The notes under the pieces were generated by a model that was not told the DNA's origin, did no database searches, and saw only the letters and a list, made by a program, of their open reading frames with translations. DNA of 63,922 nucleotides, counting the filler, from Platydemus manokwari (Eukaryota), in assembly GCA_037951405.1 (NCBI GenBank). It is 6 parts of 6 records of this genome, joined end to end, with 100 filler letters (N's around TTAATTAATTAA, not from the genome) between each part and the next. Parts side by side here need not be neighbours in the genome. Positions count along the whole stretch, not along the records: positions 1 to 12,614 come from JBBMOY010047791.1; 5 more parts are not named here. One strand, 5' to 3'. Shown here one piece after another: positions 1 to 12,714 of the stretch; position 1 is the first letter of the stretch, and each line of letters starts with the position of its first letter. The position numbers and the translations under genes were made by a program.

Positions 1-837
1 ATTAATTGTCAAAATATTTCATTCCATAATACACAAATATTTTTTAATTCTTTAAAATGCAAATCCCTTAATATCTCCAAACAAGAAATATATGACTTAT
101 ACCACTTTCATAACCAAGGGCACATGTCTGAGACAAATATAGTTGTCAGTATATCGAAATTGATTAATAGTATTGCTCCTCTTACTCCCCTATTTGACGG
201 GTTCTCTTATTTCTCCCATATCTTTCTTGTGACAAATTCTCTTATGTGGGTGTTCAACCATTCTAGTGCATCTTTCAGTGCCATGTATTGTCCTTTTTCA
301 TTTTTATCTTTTTCAACTTGAGTCCATGGACAATTCTTCCATTACGCAGAGTTCCGCCTTAAGCTTTTTTTCAGGGTGGAATTAAATGCAGGAGAATATA
401 CCTGATACTAGTAGTATGTTTTTTTTCATTTTTCTTCTTCTTCAACCTTCTAACTATTTATAATGACTGAACTCATTGAAAGATAAACAAATTTCTTTTC
501 TTGTCGAATAATTATGTGGGTGGTCTTTCACAGTGAATTTTAAAAGAATGGTTTTTCAAAAACAAGTCAAATAATATTTAACAGTAAGACAGGATTACCA
601 CATTTTTCAATTATAGATTTATGATAGAATTTATGAAACAATTCACAATGAAATGTCATTTTTAGGACAATAAATAACAAAACTCTCACCTTGGTTATTC
701 ATTCTGACATTAGAAAGGACACAATCTGGAAAGGAATGCCGTTTATTAATCAACTAAATCAGTTCCAGCCTTATTAAATCCAATGATAATAATAATAATA
801 AATTGAAAAAAAAACAAAAAATAAGCATAAAAACTGT

Positions 838-2863
838 TTATTTTTTATAATTCAAATTATTCAACACCGAATCGATTGGTTGTCTCGCCCAATCTCGCTT
901 TTTCTTGTAATTGCTGTGATCAGGCTCGTACATTTTCTGCTGCATCATCAATCGCTCATAGTAGAGATTTGCTTTCGTGCTTATCTTTTTCTGAGTGGCT
1001 GGTTTGGGTTTGGATTTTGTGCTGCGCTTCTTTTTGATTTCGAGAGTCGGTTTCTCGCCAAACTAAAAAAAAAGTCAATATCAATCCGATAAATATTTCG
1101 CTGCCAAATTCGCTACCAATTTCTTTTTATCCGCTTCGAATTCTTCCTCGATCGACGGCACGTGCACAGATGAGAGGACGCTTTCGAGATTGATTAATTG
1201 CGGTGGAATCTTTTCTAATAATTGTTTGACTTCTTGTTCATTGCGGAACCGTTTGTCTGCATATGGGTTGGCATCGAATGCATCGAAGTTCGGCTCACCG
1301 CTGCCAGGTGCGAACATCGTACTGAACCCATTGGACAGACCGACAGCGATTATGTCCTCGTATGGACAGAAACTGAAGTGATTCACTTCTGACTTGTATG
1401 AGTGTGTCAAGAGAGGTCGGACGTTTCTGATTGGTTCGTTGTTGGCTTGGTTATTGATTAAGTAATCGGCTATCGATGTTTCGACATTCATTGATCGACA
1501 ACCGAGATGAACATCTTTCAAAACCTAAATCCAATGATAAAACCCCTTTAAAACATCATTCAATCGGGTCTCACATGGATATAATTTTTTCCCGTAGCTA
1601 CACCCAACAAACCGGTCTGGCTGAATTCCATTTGAGTGACCAAGTCGCCCATGCGTATATCGGCGAGTTCGTTGTATGTCATTCGCAAATCCCACACTTT
1701 CAACTTCCTATCCTGACCAGATGTCACCAAATAACTGCAGATGAAAATCGATCAATGTTTATCCAATGAAATCCAAGGTGAAACACACTTTCCCTCATTA
1801 TCAATAGCGATATTTCGCAAGGAATTTTCATGACAACGAATCTTCATCACCGGTGCTTTTTCGTTCGGTGTCCACATGGCAACCGTTCCGGTTGAGTGGC
1901 CAGTACAAATGATTCCATTAGATCTATTCTGACACATCATTCTCACACCACCATGATACGTTGGAATTGTCGATACCATTGTACCAATGGAAACATCGAG
2001 ATAGTTGATGAAACCTTTTTCCGTCTAAATCAAACTCTCTATTTATTGACTCAAACAGCATCGAAAACCTACGCCAGCAACGAGAAGAAAATGATAAGGT
2101 AAATATTCAAGATATGATGCTTGGTGGATCTGTCGAATTTGATGCAATTCTTTGCCTTCATTATCATATATAAATGTATAATCTTTCTGCGATACTGCCA
2201 TCATAGTTTCTTTGTGCAAATATTTAATAGCTCTAATTCTTTCTTTAACATTGAATTCCATTTTAACATCTTTTGATTTCCAGTCTAACATTGCCAAATG
2301 TCCTCTTTCTCCACCAAGTAATAAATATCTAATATTATTTAAATCTCAAATCCAATATTGGTTTTAAAATAATAATTATATTTGAATGCTAATGTAGAGA
2401 GAAATCTAACCTTCCATCCTTAGTGAAATCGGTATAATAAGGTCCATATTTCAAGGTGAAATCCATTTTCTATCATTTAAAAATAACTGAGATTATAAAA
2501 ATATTAAAATCAGGCACCTTTGTTTTAGAACTAACATCTAATGTTTCAAGAATTTGATCTTGAGTCAAATTTTCATTTATGTAACCTTTATCAGTAGTTA
2601 GCAAAACACTATATTTTTCCTGCAAACTATCCTTATTTTTTAAATTAACAATGGTGTCTTTCAATTGATTTTTCGTTGATTTACACACAATTTTTTCCTA
2701 AGTTGCTTTATATAATATTAAAGAAAAAATTATGAACCTACTAATAATTTAGGATCTACTTCCTGCTCCTTAGGTTCATCATTTTTATGGATTTCATTAG
2801 ACTGAATAAAAATAAACTCGATTATATTATTTGAAAAATTACTTTTTTCATTTTCAATGTCAT
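838..2863 (-). CDS. WDR46: WD repeat protein 46 / U3 snoRNP SSU processome component Utp7 (BING4), 9 exons, about 534 aa
   Basis: Manual splice gives one open frame of 1605 nt: exons 2863-2843, 2801-2742, 2697-2518, 2469-2411, 2328-2073, 2024-1789, 1734-1575, 1524-1117, 1062-838 (TAA). All 8 introns are GT..AG (41, 44, 48, 82, 48, 54, 50, 54 nt). Family motifs: YGPY..DFTKDGRYLLLGGERGH, LEYLPYHFLL, GHSTGTVAMWTP, and BING4CT FCPYEDIIAVG...PGSGEPNFDAFDANPY...EQEVKQLLEKIP. Exons 1-2 are the least certain. Confidence 0.95.
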
Positions 2864-3809
2864 AATTTAAATTTATTTAATATTATTAAAACAAATAAGT
2901 TAATAAATATTACAGAATTCAAAAAATTTAAATAAATGAATTTGTAATTAATAAATTATATATATTTTTATTACAATGACTTAACATAATATTAAAACTG
3001 GATAATAAATGTTCAATAACAAATCATTTATCATATAACACAAATTTAAATAATAAAAAATTTTAAATTCAAATATTTAAAGAATTAGGATCCCGTCAGA
3101 AGTTACCAATTTTTCATGGTTCGTAACTTTATATTATTTTGGGCTATCATTCTAACTACCAATATTATATAGTAGTTAATACGGTCTCCGTTTCAACATT
3201 TGGTGGTGATACCATTGTGAATTGTTGATTGACTTTAGTCGTTGTATGTGATTTAGAGCGTGAATTTCGACTATTTTATTGCAAATGTAACTTTGTGATC
3301 CTTAATTATACTTTTCAATTTTAAGCAATAATAGAAATTTTGAACATATATTCTATTTAGTTTATAAGTAATTAATAGAATTCTTGATAAATTTAAATTG
3401 CCAATAAAATGCATAAGAATTTATTAAATAAATTAAATGTATAGGAAAAAGATAATTTTAATAATTAAAATATTTCATGTATTGAACAATTAACGAGATG
3501 TGAATAAATATATAAGTAGTAAGAAATTGTAACATCTGATTGATAAACTTAGTCAATGCCCTCAATAAATCAGCAGAAGGCACATAATGGGAACACTTAA
3601 AGAATATAACTTACAAATACCAGAAAAATATTGTGTTAAACAATAAGTTATAATGCATATAAACACAATTTTTCATTACTGAAAATTATCTAAATATATT
3701 ATTGCAGATAGTAGCACGTGAGACTATGAGTATAGAGCGTGTGCTTATGTAAATGGAAAGGCTGATCAATGAAAGGAAATGTATGAACAATATTACTACT
3801 TCTTATAAA

Positions 3810-4072
3810 TGTTGATATAAATAACATAATAATACAAATTTACCTCCAAAAACAGTTGAACACAAATTCTAACATAAACATAGCACTGGCAGCTAACCTA
3901 CTGGCCATTGACTATCTCGGTCTATTTATTTTTACTCGTGTTTTGTATGTTTCGTTTTTAATTGATTGTTTTGTTTATTGCATTTTCGTTGGATCCGATG
4001 TTAAAATTACTAAAACAAGGGTTTCAAGGCACGAAATCGTTTTTCTTTTTCAGGATGTGTCTGCACTCAACA
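3810..4072. mobile_element. Solo LTR (Ty3/gypsy-type), 263 bp
   Basis: Termini TGTTGA...TCAACA form a perfect 6-bp inverted repeat and are flanked by a perfect 4-bp TSD TAAA (3806-3809 and 4073-4076). Confidence 0.7.
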
Positions 4073-6445
4073 TAAAATATATAAAATTAAAAATTAACAA
4101 TATATTTAAATTTACTAAAATAATAATTGAATATTAATAATGAAAGCAAAAATAGTTCTAGTTCAAAATAGACTGCTAACAACCGGTTATGTAGATGTCT
4201 TCCAAATAAACGAGAAGATAAAGAAAGTAAAAACAAAAACAGATCCATTAATTGCTGCATTGTATCAATGAAAGTTCTTTAGCTCAGCAGCAAATAATAG
4301 ACAAGTAACCATCAATCAATTAACGAATAAACACACCTGAATTTACAGTAGATATATCGAAGTTGAATAATATCGAAGAATATGAATTCGTTTTGTTGAG
4401 TGTAAAACAGAATTAAACCAACATAACAAAAATTTTCAATAAGCGCACTTGTTAATAGTCAATCAAGTGCCTCCAAAATACTAATTCATAAATTGAATTC
4501 GATTATCAACTATCACACATCAACAAGAGGCAAACTCATTGAGAAAAGGCAATAGCATGAAAGTAAGAATCGAATTTACTCAGTGAATAGAAAAAGTTAA
4601 ACTAGTATATAGTTAGAGATATGTTGAATTTTGGGGCTTATAAATCTATTTCAACAAATGAGTTCAATTAAAGTTAATCTTTTTTAAAAAATCAAAATGA
4701 TAAATTAATTTAATTTATTAAAGGATCAACGCACTTTTAGTTACAATTATCCAAACAGATGATTTTGATTCAGATGACCTTATAGTTGGGAGTGACAAAT
4801 TCGATTTGACTGTTGGGATCTCCAACCAACAGTTTTATAACTCTCACTAACATTGCCAAACCGTGTAAATAATATTCACAAACATAGTAGTAAATATTAT
4901 ATTACATCAAATATACAATATCAACCCATTACAATAAAATAATAATGAAGCATTGTAATAATAACATAATTCCCCGACTATGGATGCAGAAGTAGCAGTC
5001 GGCGGAGAGCAATGGCTCGAGAATCATCGAAAATGTTGAATCATAAACATTGTTATTGTGAATTATATGATATATTATGTATCAAAATGCTATTTAAGTA
5101 ACAGTGTTATTAACTATCATAATTTTTATTTTCTGTGGTATTTATTAATTATTTTTCTTTTATTGTAAGGAGGAAGAGGTCGATTTTATTGATTCGGCAA
5201 ATAAAACAAATAATAATAAATTGTACAAAAATGTAATAATAAGATAAAATAACTTAATTTAATATTGAAAAGGGCGTAGAAAGACATAAATTAAGTTAAA
5301 CAAAACATATTAAAAAATACATATTGACAACAAGTACAATTGGACACCAAATATAAATTACTACCACAAATTGTTTTGATAAAAATACAATTTATACGAC
5401 AATTCCTATCAAGCTGCTGGATAAGTACTCGTGTTCGTGTTTGGGCTTGCCTTTGCTTATTTGTATTATCAGTCTCTATATTGATTTTATTGTGTATCAA
5501 TGCCGGCTTGATCAGTCTCTGTGAGGTCCGACCAACCCCTTAAGGTACAGAAATTAAACCTTAACTTATAGTCTTCTTTCTTCACCTCGCTATCAATACT
5601 ATATGGAGATAGTATGATAGGCAGCAATGATCCAATTGACATAAACTTTATTGGTATCAGTCTCAACAATTTACTATTTTATCAAAATCAGTCTCAAATT
5701 ATTTAATAGTCATATTCTATATCCTATCTAATCAACAAACTAACACTTTTGTTTACAGTCATGTTTATTCAATACGGGCATACAACAAAATACAATTACA
5801 CAATTTTACAAAATGTTTTTGGTTAACACTACACTATACAGCAATATAAAATAAACTAAACGGCTATACCTACAACTTCTGGAAGAAGACGGTTGCTTAC
5901 TTCAACTCTAGAAGCAGAACCTTTACCTTTAAGATGTTTTGAGACACATCTCTATAATATGACTATAGCGCTAAATACGATATATAATACAGATTATGAT
6001 TTCACACAATAATCTAACTCACTTAAAAACTTGATCAATTCAATGGCAAAAATCGAAGGGCATATAACACAAAAGCTTCTTATGGCAATATGTACCTCCA
6101 CGAATTATTCTTGGTATCTTCAAATATAAAATGGGCTTAACGCACTACGAGCTAGTGGTTTCAACTAAATAATGGGCGAGTTGTGATGATTGCAACTCCT
6201 ATATATACGGTTTGAAAGTCGGCGCTTTTAATCCTCCCAAATAAAATATTTAGATAAATTTTTTAGAAAAATATCCCTCATTTATAATTCATAAAATTCC
6301 CATTATCTTTCCGCTATTGTTTTTGTTGCCATGAAACTCATCTATATATAAAATATGTTTTATTTTAAATAAATATTGTAATACAAATTATTACTTAATA
6401 ATTAATATATTTATTTTTTTCTTTCAGAAGTGCCATCATAAAAAT

Positions 6446-6558
6446 ATCGCTACAGTGCGATTATAAAAATTGTTACATGATTTCACTACAGTATAAAGAA
6501 AAATTAAAACTATATCGCTACAATGCGATAAATTAAAATATGTCGCTACATTGCGATA
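6446..6558. repeat. Array of four 16-18 bp hairpin-type repeats (ATCGCTACAnTGCGAT)
   Basis: atcgctacagtgcgat at 6446, degenerate ttcactacagtataa at 6482, tatcgctacaatgcgata at 6513, tgtcgctacattgcgata at 6541, separated by AT-rich spacers. Confidence 0.75.
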
Positions 6559-8667
6559 AAGTAATAAAATAGTTATTTCATGCAATGACAACTATAACAA
6601 TTTTAGCTGTTCAAAATTTGGTACATTTTTTGTCAGCCAAAACTAATTAAAAAGTTTTAATTACAACAACATAAAAATTATTACACTAAAATATTTGTAT
6701 ACATACAATGAATAAATTGACATATTCACAAAATCATTGTCAGCATATTTGTCAATGTTTTTTAGATGAATTTGCTGGGACCCCAACAAAATGTTATGTT
6801 ACTATATCATTACTAGACTATTGTTGGTATAAAATAGCTTGAAAATTAAGTAATGACTAATGTATTTATAGTTAATCTGACTCCAATAAAGAAATGAATG
6901 CAAAATATTTTAAAAAAATTTAATTATTGATACAATTGATCCAATATTCAAAATATTTATTAATTACAATGATAATAATAATTATTATTATCATTTGATA
7001 AATTATGATATGTAAGATTAAAAATTAATTCTACTTTCCTTTCTCTGTAAGAGTCCTCTTTGCTAAATAGCTTTCTGAGAGCCGACCTTATAAGTGCAAG
7101 CAACCACCCATAGAATTAAATCAGTTTACGTTAATAACTTACAAAGTTCATTTATAAAGAATGATTGAACTGGGTCCAGGCCATTTAAATTAATCATGAG
7201 AATTAAATAAAATTGCATCATAATATTAAAATAAAGTTGCATTATAATATTAAAATTAAAATTTAAGGACTAGTTGTAAATATCAGGATAAATTTTCTAA
7301 ATGAACGGTTTAGAAGACAAATAAAAATAGTGCTTCTTATTTACATTGCCTTTTGCTTTGTAATTTTATCATTTTTGCGATTTCTTATCTATTTTGGTAT
7401 TTGTTATTCACTATTTTTATCTCATTTTATTTCTTGTTTCTATTTTTAGATATTATTATTTTATTGTTCTATTTTTGTACTTTTAAATTCTATTTTCATC
7501 TTTAATTTAAAGATGTGCCAAAAGATGCGCATAAATTATAGATTGGCAGTTTATAAGGTGTATACAGGGGATATCGATAAAAGAGGACATCGAGAATTCT
7601 AATGAATAGAATTAAATACGACTTTTGTTGATAATAACAAGGGTGAATTTTATTCAATAGATGGCCCTATTGTGAGAACAATAGCTCTGAATAAATTAAA
7701 TAATTTCATTGTAATAAAATATTAAGCCCTCATTTAAATGAAATTTAGCCCTAAATAAACAACCATATTGCTGGGTTATATAACGGCAGTAAATCGTAAG
7801 ATGGGTTTCCCAAAGTATGCGTGTTTAATTTATGTCTATACTACGACACCTGACTCAAAAGGTGCGGTGTATAACTACAACAGGGAAGTAACAACAAATT
7901 CGAATAATAACAATTTTAATATATAAGATATATTAATAATATGCAACAATAATATACAATTGAGTAATATGATAAATAGAATAACAATTAAGATGACAAT
8001 TAGGATAACAAATAACCAGGCACTAGATGGGGATAGTTGGCGCTTAATTACTGAATTTTATTGACTCGGTGCCGATAGAGTGATGATAATTTTGCTAGTC
8101 TCTTATGGGTATTCCCGTAAGAGCCCTTAGTTAAGATTTTATTGGAGGTTAGGCCTACTTGGCACCGTAGCCCCGCGGACCAAATTTGTGGTGAATTTAT
8201 TCGTTTAAGAGTAGTTTACTTTTAGTTCAATCTAGAGTCTTTATGTTGCGGATACTGAATAAGTAATTAATAAAGATAGATAAAGGACCATTACAGCAAG
8301 AGCTGTTGTTGGTTGTCAAAATAAATATGAGTATATGGGAGTATACTTAAACAATTATTGATCAAGAATTTCAATAATGGTAATTCGCAATGTTAAAATA
8401 AATTCATCAAATGAAATAAAGATTTCATTAGAGAATTTGCAATATGAAATAAAGACTTCTTATGTTTCAAAAGAAAATTTTGTAGCTTGTGGCAAAATAT
8501 TCTCGCAAAATTTTATTTCGGTAATTTCCAAAGGTATTTTCTTTTATTCATCCACTTGTTTTTATACCTATTATTTCGTTGAGGTGGTCTCAGTGGAGGT
8601 CCGAATTTTTGTTGACTACTAAAGACGCGTGTAATTAATTCCGGATAGCTCGAATTTTGATAAGAAG

Positions 8668-8720
8668 GAATTAGCTTAGACCAGAATAAATTGGCTTAGA
8701 CCAGAATGAATTAACTTAGA
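8668..8720. repeat. 20-bp tandem repeat, about 2.6 copies
   Basis: gaattagcttagaccagaat / aaattggcttagaccagaat / gaattaacttaga. Confidence 0.85.
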
Positions 8721-9531
8721 TTTAATTTTGACTTGACTTGTTGCTGTGTAGTTTAATTCTCTTTAGCCTTTTTATATGAACTTTATTTCTTCTCCTTTTT
8801 ATTTTCAGATTTTATTATGACTACTTTTGTTTTTTAATTTTTCTTTTACTATTTTGAGACTGTTTCTATTTTTGAATTTATTTGTAGCTGTTCTTCTTAT
8901 TTATTAGTATTTAAGTATTTATTATTAGCTATTTTAGCTATTTTAATTCCTTTGGGCTATTTCAGAAAATTCTGGATGGTTTTTGAATAATTAATATTTA
9001 TTGTTATTGTTGTTATTATTTTACTCTTAATTCTTATATTGATTATTATTATTTTGTTAATTGTTATCCCAACAATAAAAATAGGATCACAATATCAGTA
9101 ACTATGCTATTAATTTTGAAACAACAACAGAAGCTAAGTTATTTGAACTCGTAAATCGAACAATGGCATAAGCCATCAAGCCAACAAAATTCTTCAAACA
9201 TCTTCGCCAATTATATGACCAATGAATAACTGGAAGATCAATTTAATATTGTTCAATCCAACGTCGATAGGATACTCTTAAGCATTTGAATAATTGTAAA
9301 ATTATAATTTATTTATAATTGTATGTATATTCTTCTTATTGTAATCTCAAAGCTCTTGAACAAACTGGTTTTACTCCTCTTGAGAGTAGATTAATCATAA
9401 GCGTTTCCAGAATTTGTAGCTAAAACTCTTGTCGTTCAAGTGTTTAAAAGTATTTTTAAAATTTTTTATGAAGTGCATGATTGTATTTTGATAGCAATAA
9501 AAGTGTATTCTAAACAAAAAACATTTTAATA

Positions 9532-9798
9532 TTGAAGTTCGCAGGTCTCATGAGGTATCATCTCATTTACAATAAAATTGTCATCTTCAGTATAAATTCA
9601 TTATCTTTTGCTGATGTGTTATCTAGGCATTTGGGAAATAGAAGTTCACTGGATAATTATAAAATCAATAAAGCACGATCTAGAGTTGCTCATCTCATCT
9701 CCATACGTGGATTAGAGGTGGTTGAGGCGAAAGAACATCATAATATTAGGTTCGTGATTATCTATGGGCCATTAAAATCAAATCCAATTAGCATCTAA
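9532..9798 (+). mobile_element. Highly decayed Ty3/gypsy pol remnant (RNase H end to integrase start)
   Basis: The ORF contains ADVLSR (compare RNase H-terminal ADALSR), HLG and IIYGPL (compare integrase DIxGPL) in the expected order but with large deletions. Confidence 0.4.
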
Positions 9799-12614
9799 CT
9801 TCTCCATGGAAATTTAAATAATTTTCAAATAAGATTATGCATTATGAATAACTATAAACTGATAATGTTTAATAGACTCAATAAATCCAATTTAATAATA
9901 GAATTAATATCTAGATTAATATATAAAAATAAGTAAATAAAAAGAAATAATTAATACAGAAACATTGTCATGACAACCATTCCATATTAATTCACTACTA
10001 AATAAAGTCACGGTAACAAATCAAACTAAATAACAAAAAATGATTTGCAAAGATAATAAATAAACATTGAAGTAGTCAAAAATCGCTTAAATATATGAAT
10101 ACCATAGCAAAAATCTTAATTACAAATCACAGCTTTTGAAAGCAGACGAAAAACGAAATAATACAAATAGAACAGGAGCACTCCAAAATTACTCATTCAC
10201 ATTTACTTATGACTAGCTAAAAAATTTCCTTTTAGTCTGAATATGATATTCAAGGTCTAAACAACGAAGATTTGCTATCTCTCATAAAATCATAAAATCT
10301 TTTTCATCAGAATTTGGTGCATTAGTTCTATCACTGGTTATTCGGTCTTTGGATTATTTCATCTATACAGTCATTTTTATTATTATGTGTATTTATCGAT
10401 CATTAATAAATTGCATTGGCTTCTATCCGTTATGTATACCGTGTCAGTATCTGTAGCATGCAACCTATTAATCTGTTACGGATCACTAACTATTGGACTT
10501 TATTCAATTACTATAGATTTTTATCGACACAGACAAAATTAACTATTATCGCTATGTCATCATTCATTATTAATAGAGCCCAATGATCATCAACCTTTAT
10601 TTCCATCATTTACCTCTATATTAATGTATATTATTAACTTATGAGTTTAACAAAGATTTTAAAGTAAATATCGGGTTTATACAAATACCTATTAAAGGTA
10701 ACAGGTTAGAATTTCAATTTTCAATAAAATTTTGTCACTAAAGGACTTTGAAAATATAAAATAGTTTTGTAAAAAGATTATCCTGGTCTCGAATATTAAA
10801 TCATAGATAAATGGATGGCTATAAAAAATTATTCACTATAACTATTAAAATAATTGAAAAATATATTAAAATATGGAACATGAGAAAGAACAATTTAAAT
10901 GAACATAAATTTGTATGGAATTGATCAATTTATTTAAAAGGATAACTTTTTGGCATAACTATTACTTTGTATTATAAATCAAATTGCTATAATGCAATTT
11001 AAAACTAAATTGAAAGAAATGTTTTTGGAATAATCATAAAAAATTGAGAAGTTTGTTGGTATACTAAAATTAAATACCAAATATGAATCACTCCCTAATC
11101 AATTTCTCGATCTTTAGTACAATGTAACAAAGTTAATTTTAACAGAGTTGGTTTCGATAAACTAATAACTACCAAGCTACCATATTGCATTATATAAAGA
11201 TAACTGGTTAAAGTTTTTGCTATTATTTAATCATAAATATTCCTTTAATTTCATTTATAGCAGTTTTGATGAATAATTTCTGTTTATTTTTAATCTGTTT
11301 TTTATGTGACAGAAATTAATTACCAATAAATAGATTAATTTCTTGACTGGCGACATTCGCTATTAAGTTTATATTGTTATATCAAAAAGCTTTTTAAATT
11401 GTTTGTATGAAAATAAATATGATTAACTAATGCTTCCAGTATCCAGGAGAGATTTAAAAATCTCGCCATGCTGGAGTCAGTCTCTTCGAATGAAATTATG
11501 AGCATAATTCAAACGCTTGAGTCACTTCAATTATTATATATCTAAATGTTTCTGGCGGCGTCGTTCTTACACATAAATAATTTATGCCTGAAAGGAATCT
11601 TGAAATTATTATTTTTGAAAAATTATTTCAGTTAGTTGGGAGCGATTTTATTTGTTAATATATTTCTTCGGTATTTCCTAAAATTAAAATTATAACACCA
11701 AACATTTGTAAAAAATTCTTTCCTAAAAATTGAAACGGAAATTTTTAAAAATGATTATTCAACGAATGCTTTAATATAAATTAACTAAATATTGGCATTC
11801 ATTAACTTTTTGATTAATTCTCTCCAAAATAGTGATATGGTTTTATAGAATAAATTTTGTGATTTAAATAAATTTCTTGTAAATTTATTTTAAAAATATA
11901 CAAAATATTTTCAATCAAAATAACACTGAAAACGAATTATAATTAAATTATGAAGGACGTGCAATAATTCGAATTAATGCTGATATGCTTAACTCAGAAA
12001 TAGTAGTGATAGAAGGCACTGGAAACATAAATCACGTATCACGTATATCTACTTATTTATGCCTCATTTTCAAGGTTTCGTGATTGAAAATTTTGTATTA
12101 ATTTTTCAATCAAATCTGCTAATTCCGAAGATTGTGCGAGGAAATTTATATATGTAATAAGTTTGGGAATATATTCCCCATCAGTATACGCTAAACGAAC
12201 TTTTGAAGCGTATATATTTTTCACAATTTTTGGAAATATTAGAGAAAATTCTAACTTTTTTTACATTTTCAAATACCTTACATGAATTCTTTTAAATCTT
12301 ATTGATGTTATTAACAAATATTCTAATGAAGGAATTATTCCTAAAAGAATATTTCTTAGATTTCAAAATGAAATTAAAAATTCTTTACTTGTTTTGTCTA
12401 GAGGCTATAGTGAAATTCGCAACTTTTTTTTATTCTAAAATATGCTTCTCATTTCATAATGCTATCGATTTTATGTTTTAAAAACAATACTACATTTCAT
12501 ATCATTCAGTTGTAGTTATGGATTGACAATCTATTTAAAAAATTCTGTTTATTGAAATTGATGATAATGTATATCATGCCAACCAGTTTAGATTGAATAT
12601 CTGATAATGTTCAG

Positions 12615-12714
12615 NNNNNNNNNNNNNNNNNNNNNNNNNNNNNNNNNNNNNNNNNNNNTTAATTAATTAANNNNNNNNNNNNNNNNNNNNNNNNNNNNNN
12701 NNNNNNNNNNNNNN
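12615..12714. other. Assembly gap linker N44-TTAATTAATTAA-N44
   Basis: Identical 100-bp spacer with stops in all six frames; occurs five times. Confidence 0.98.

Noticed and set aside
100-530. Possible gag remnant on the minus strand (LKDALEWL)
   Set aside because: Too little motif support to call.
1525-1574. Apparent non-canonical splice junction in WDR46 intron 7
   Set aside because: Recounting the A-run gives GKNYIH|VLKD with a canonical phase-0 GT-AG intron.
880-2102. Plus-strand ORFs at 880, 1190, 1476 and 1896
   Set aside because: Antisense shadows of the GC-richer WDR46 exons.
5860-5960. HLKGKGSASRV on the minus strand, reminiscent of histone H2A
   Set aside because: No flanking AGLQFPVGR or LEYL motifs; treated as coincidence.
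12659-12670. Palindromic TTAATTAATTAA repeated five times
   Set aside because: Always centred between two runs of exactly 44 N; it is a scaffolding linker with six-frame stops, not biology.
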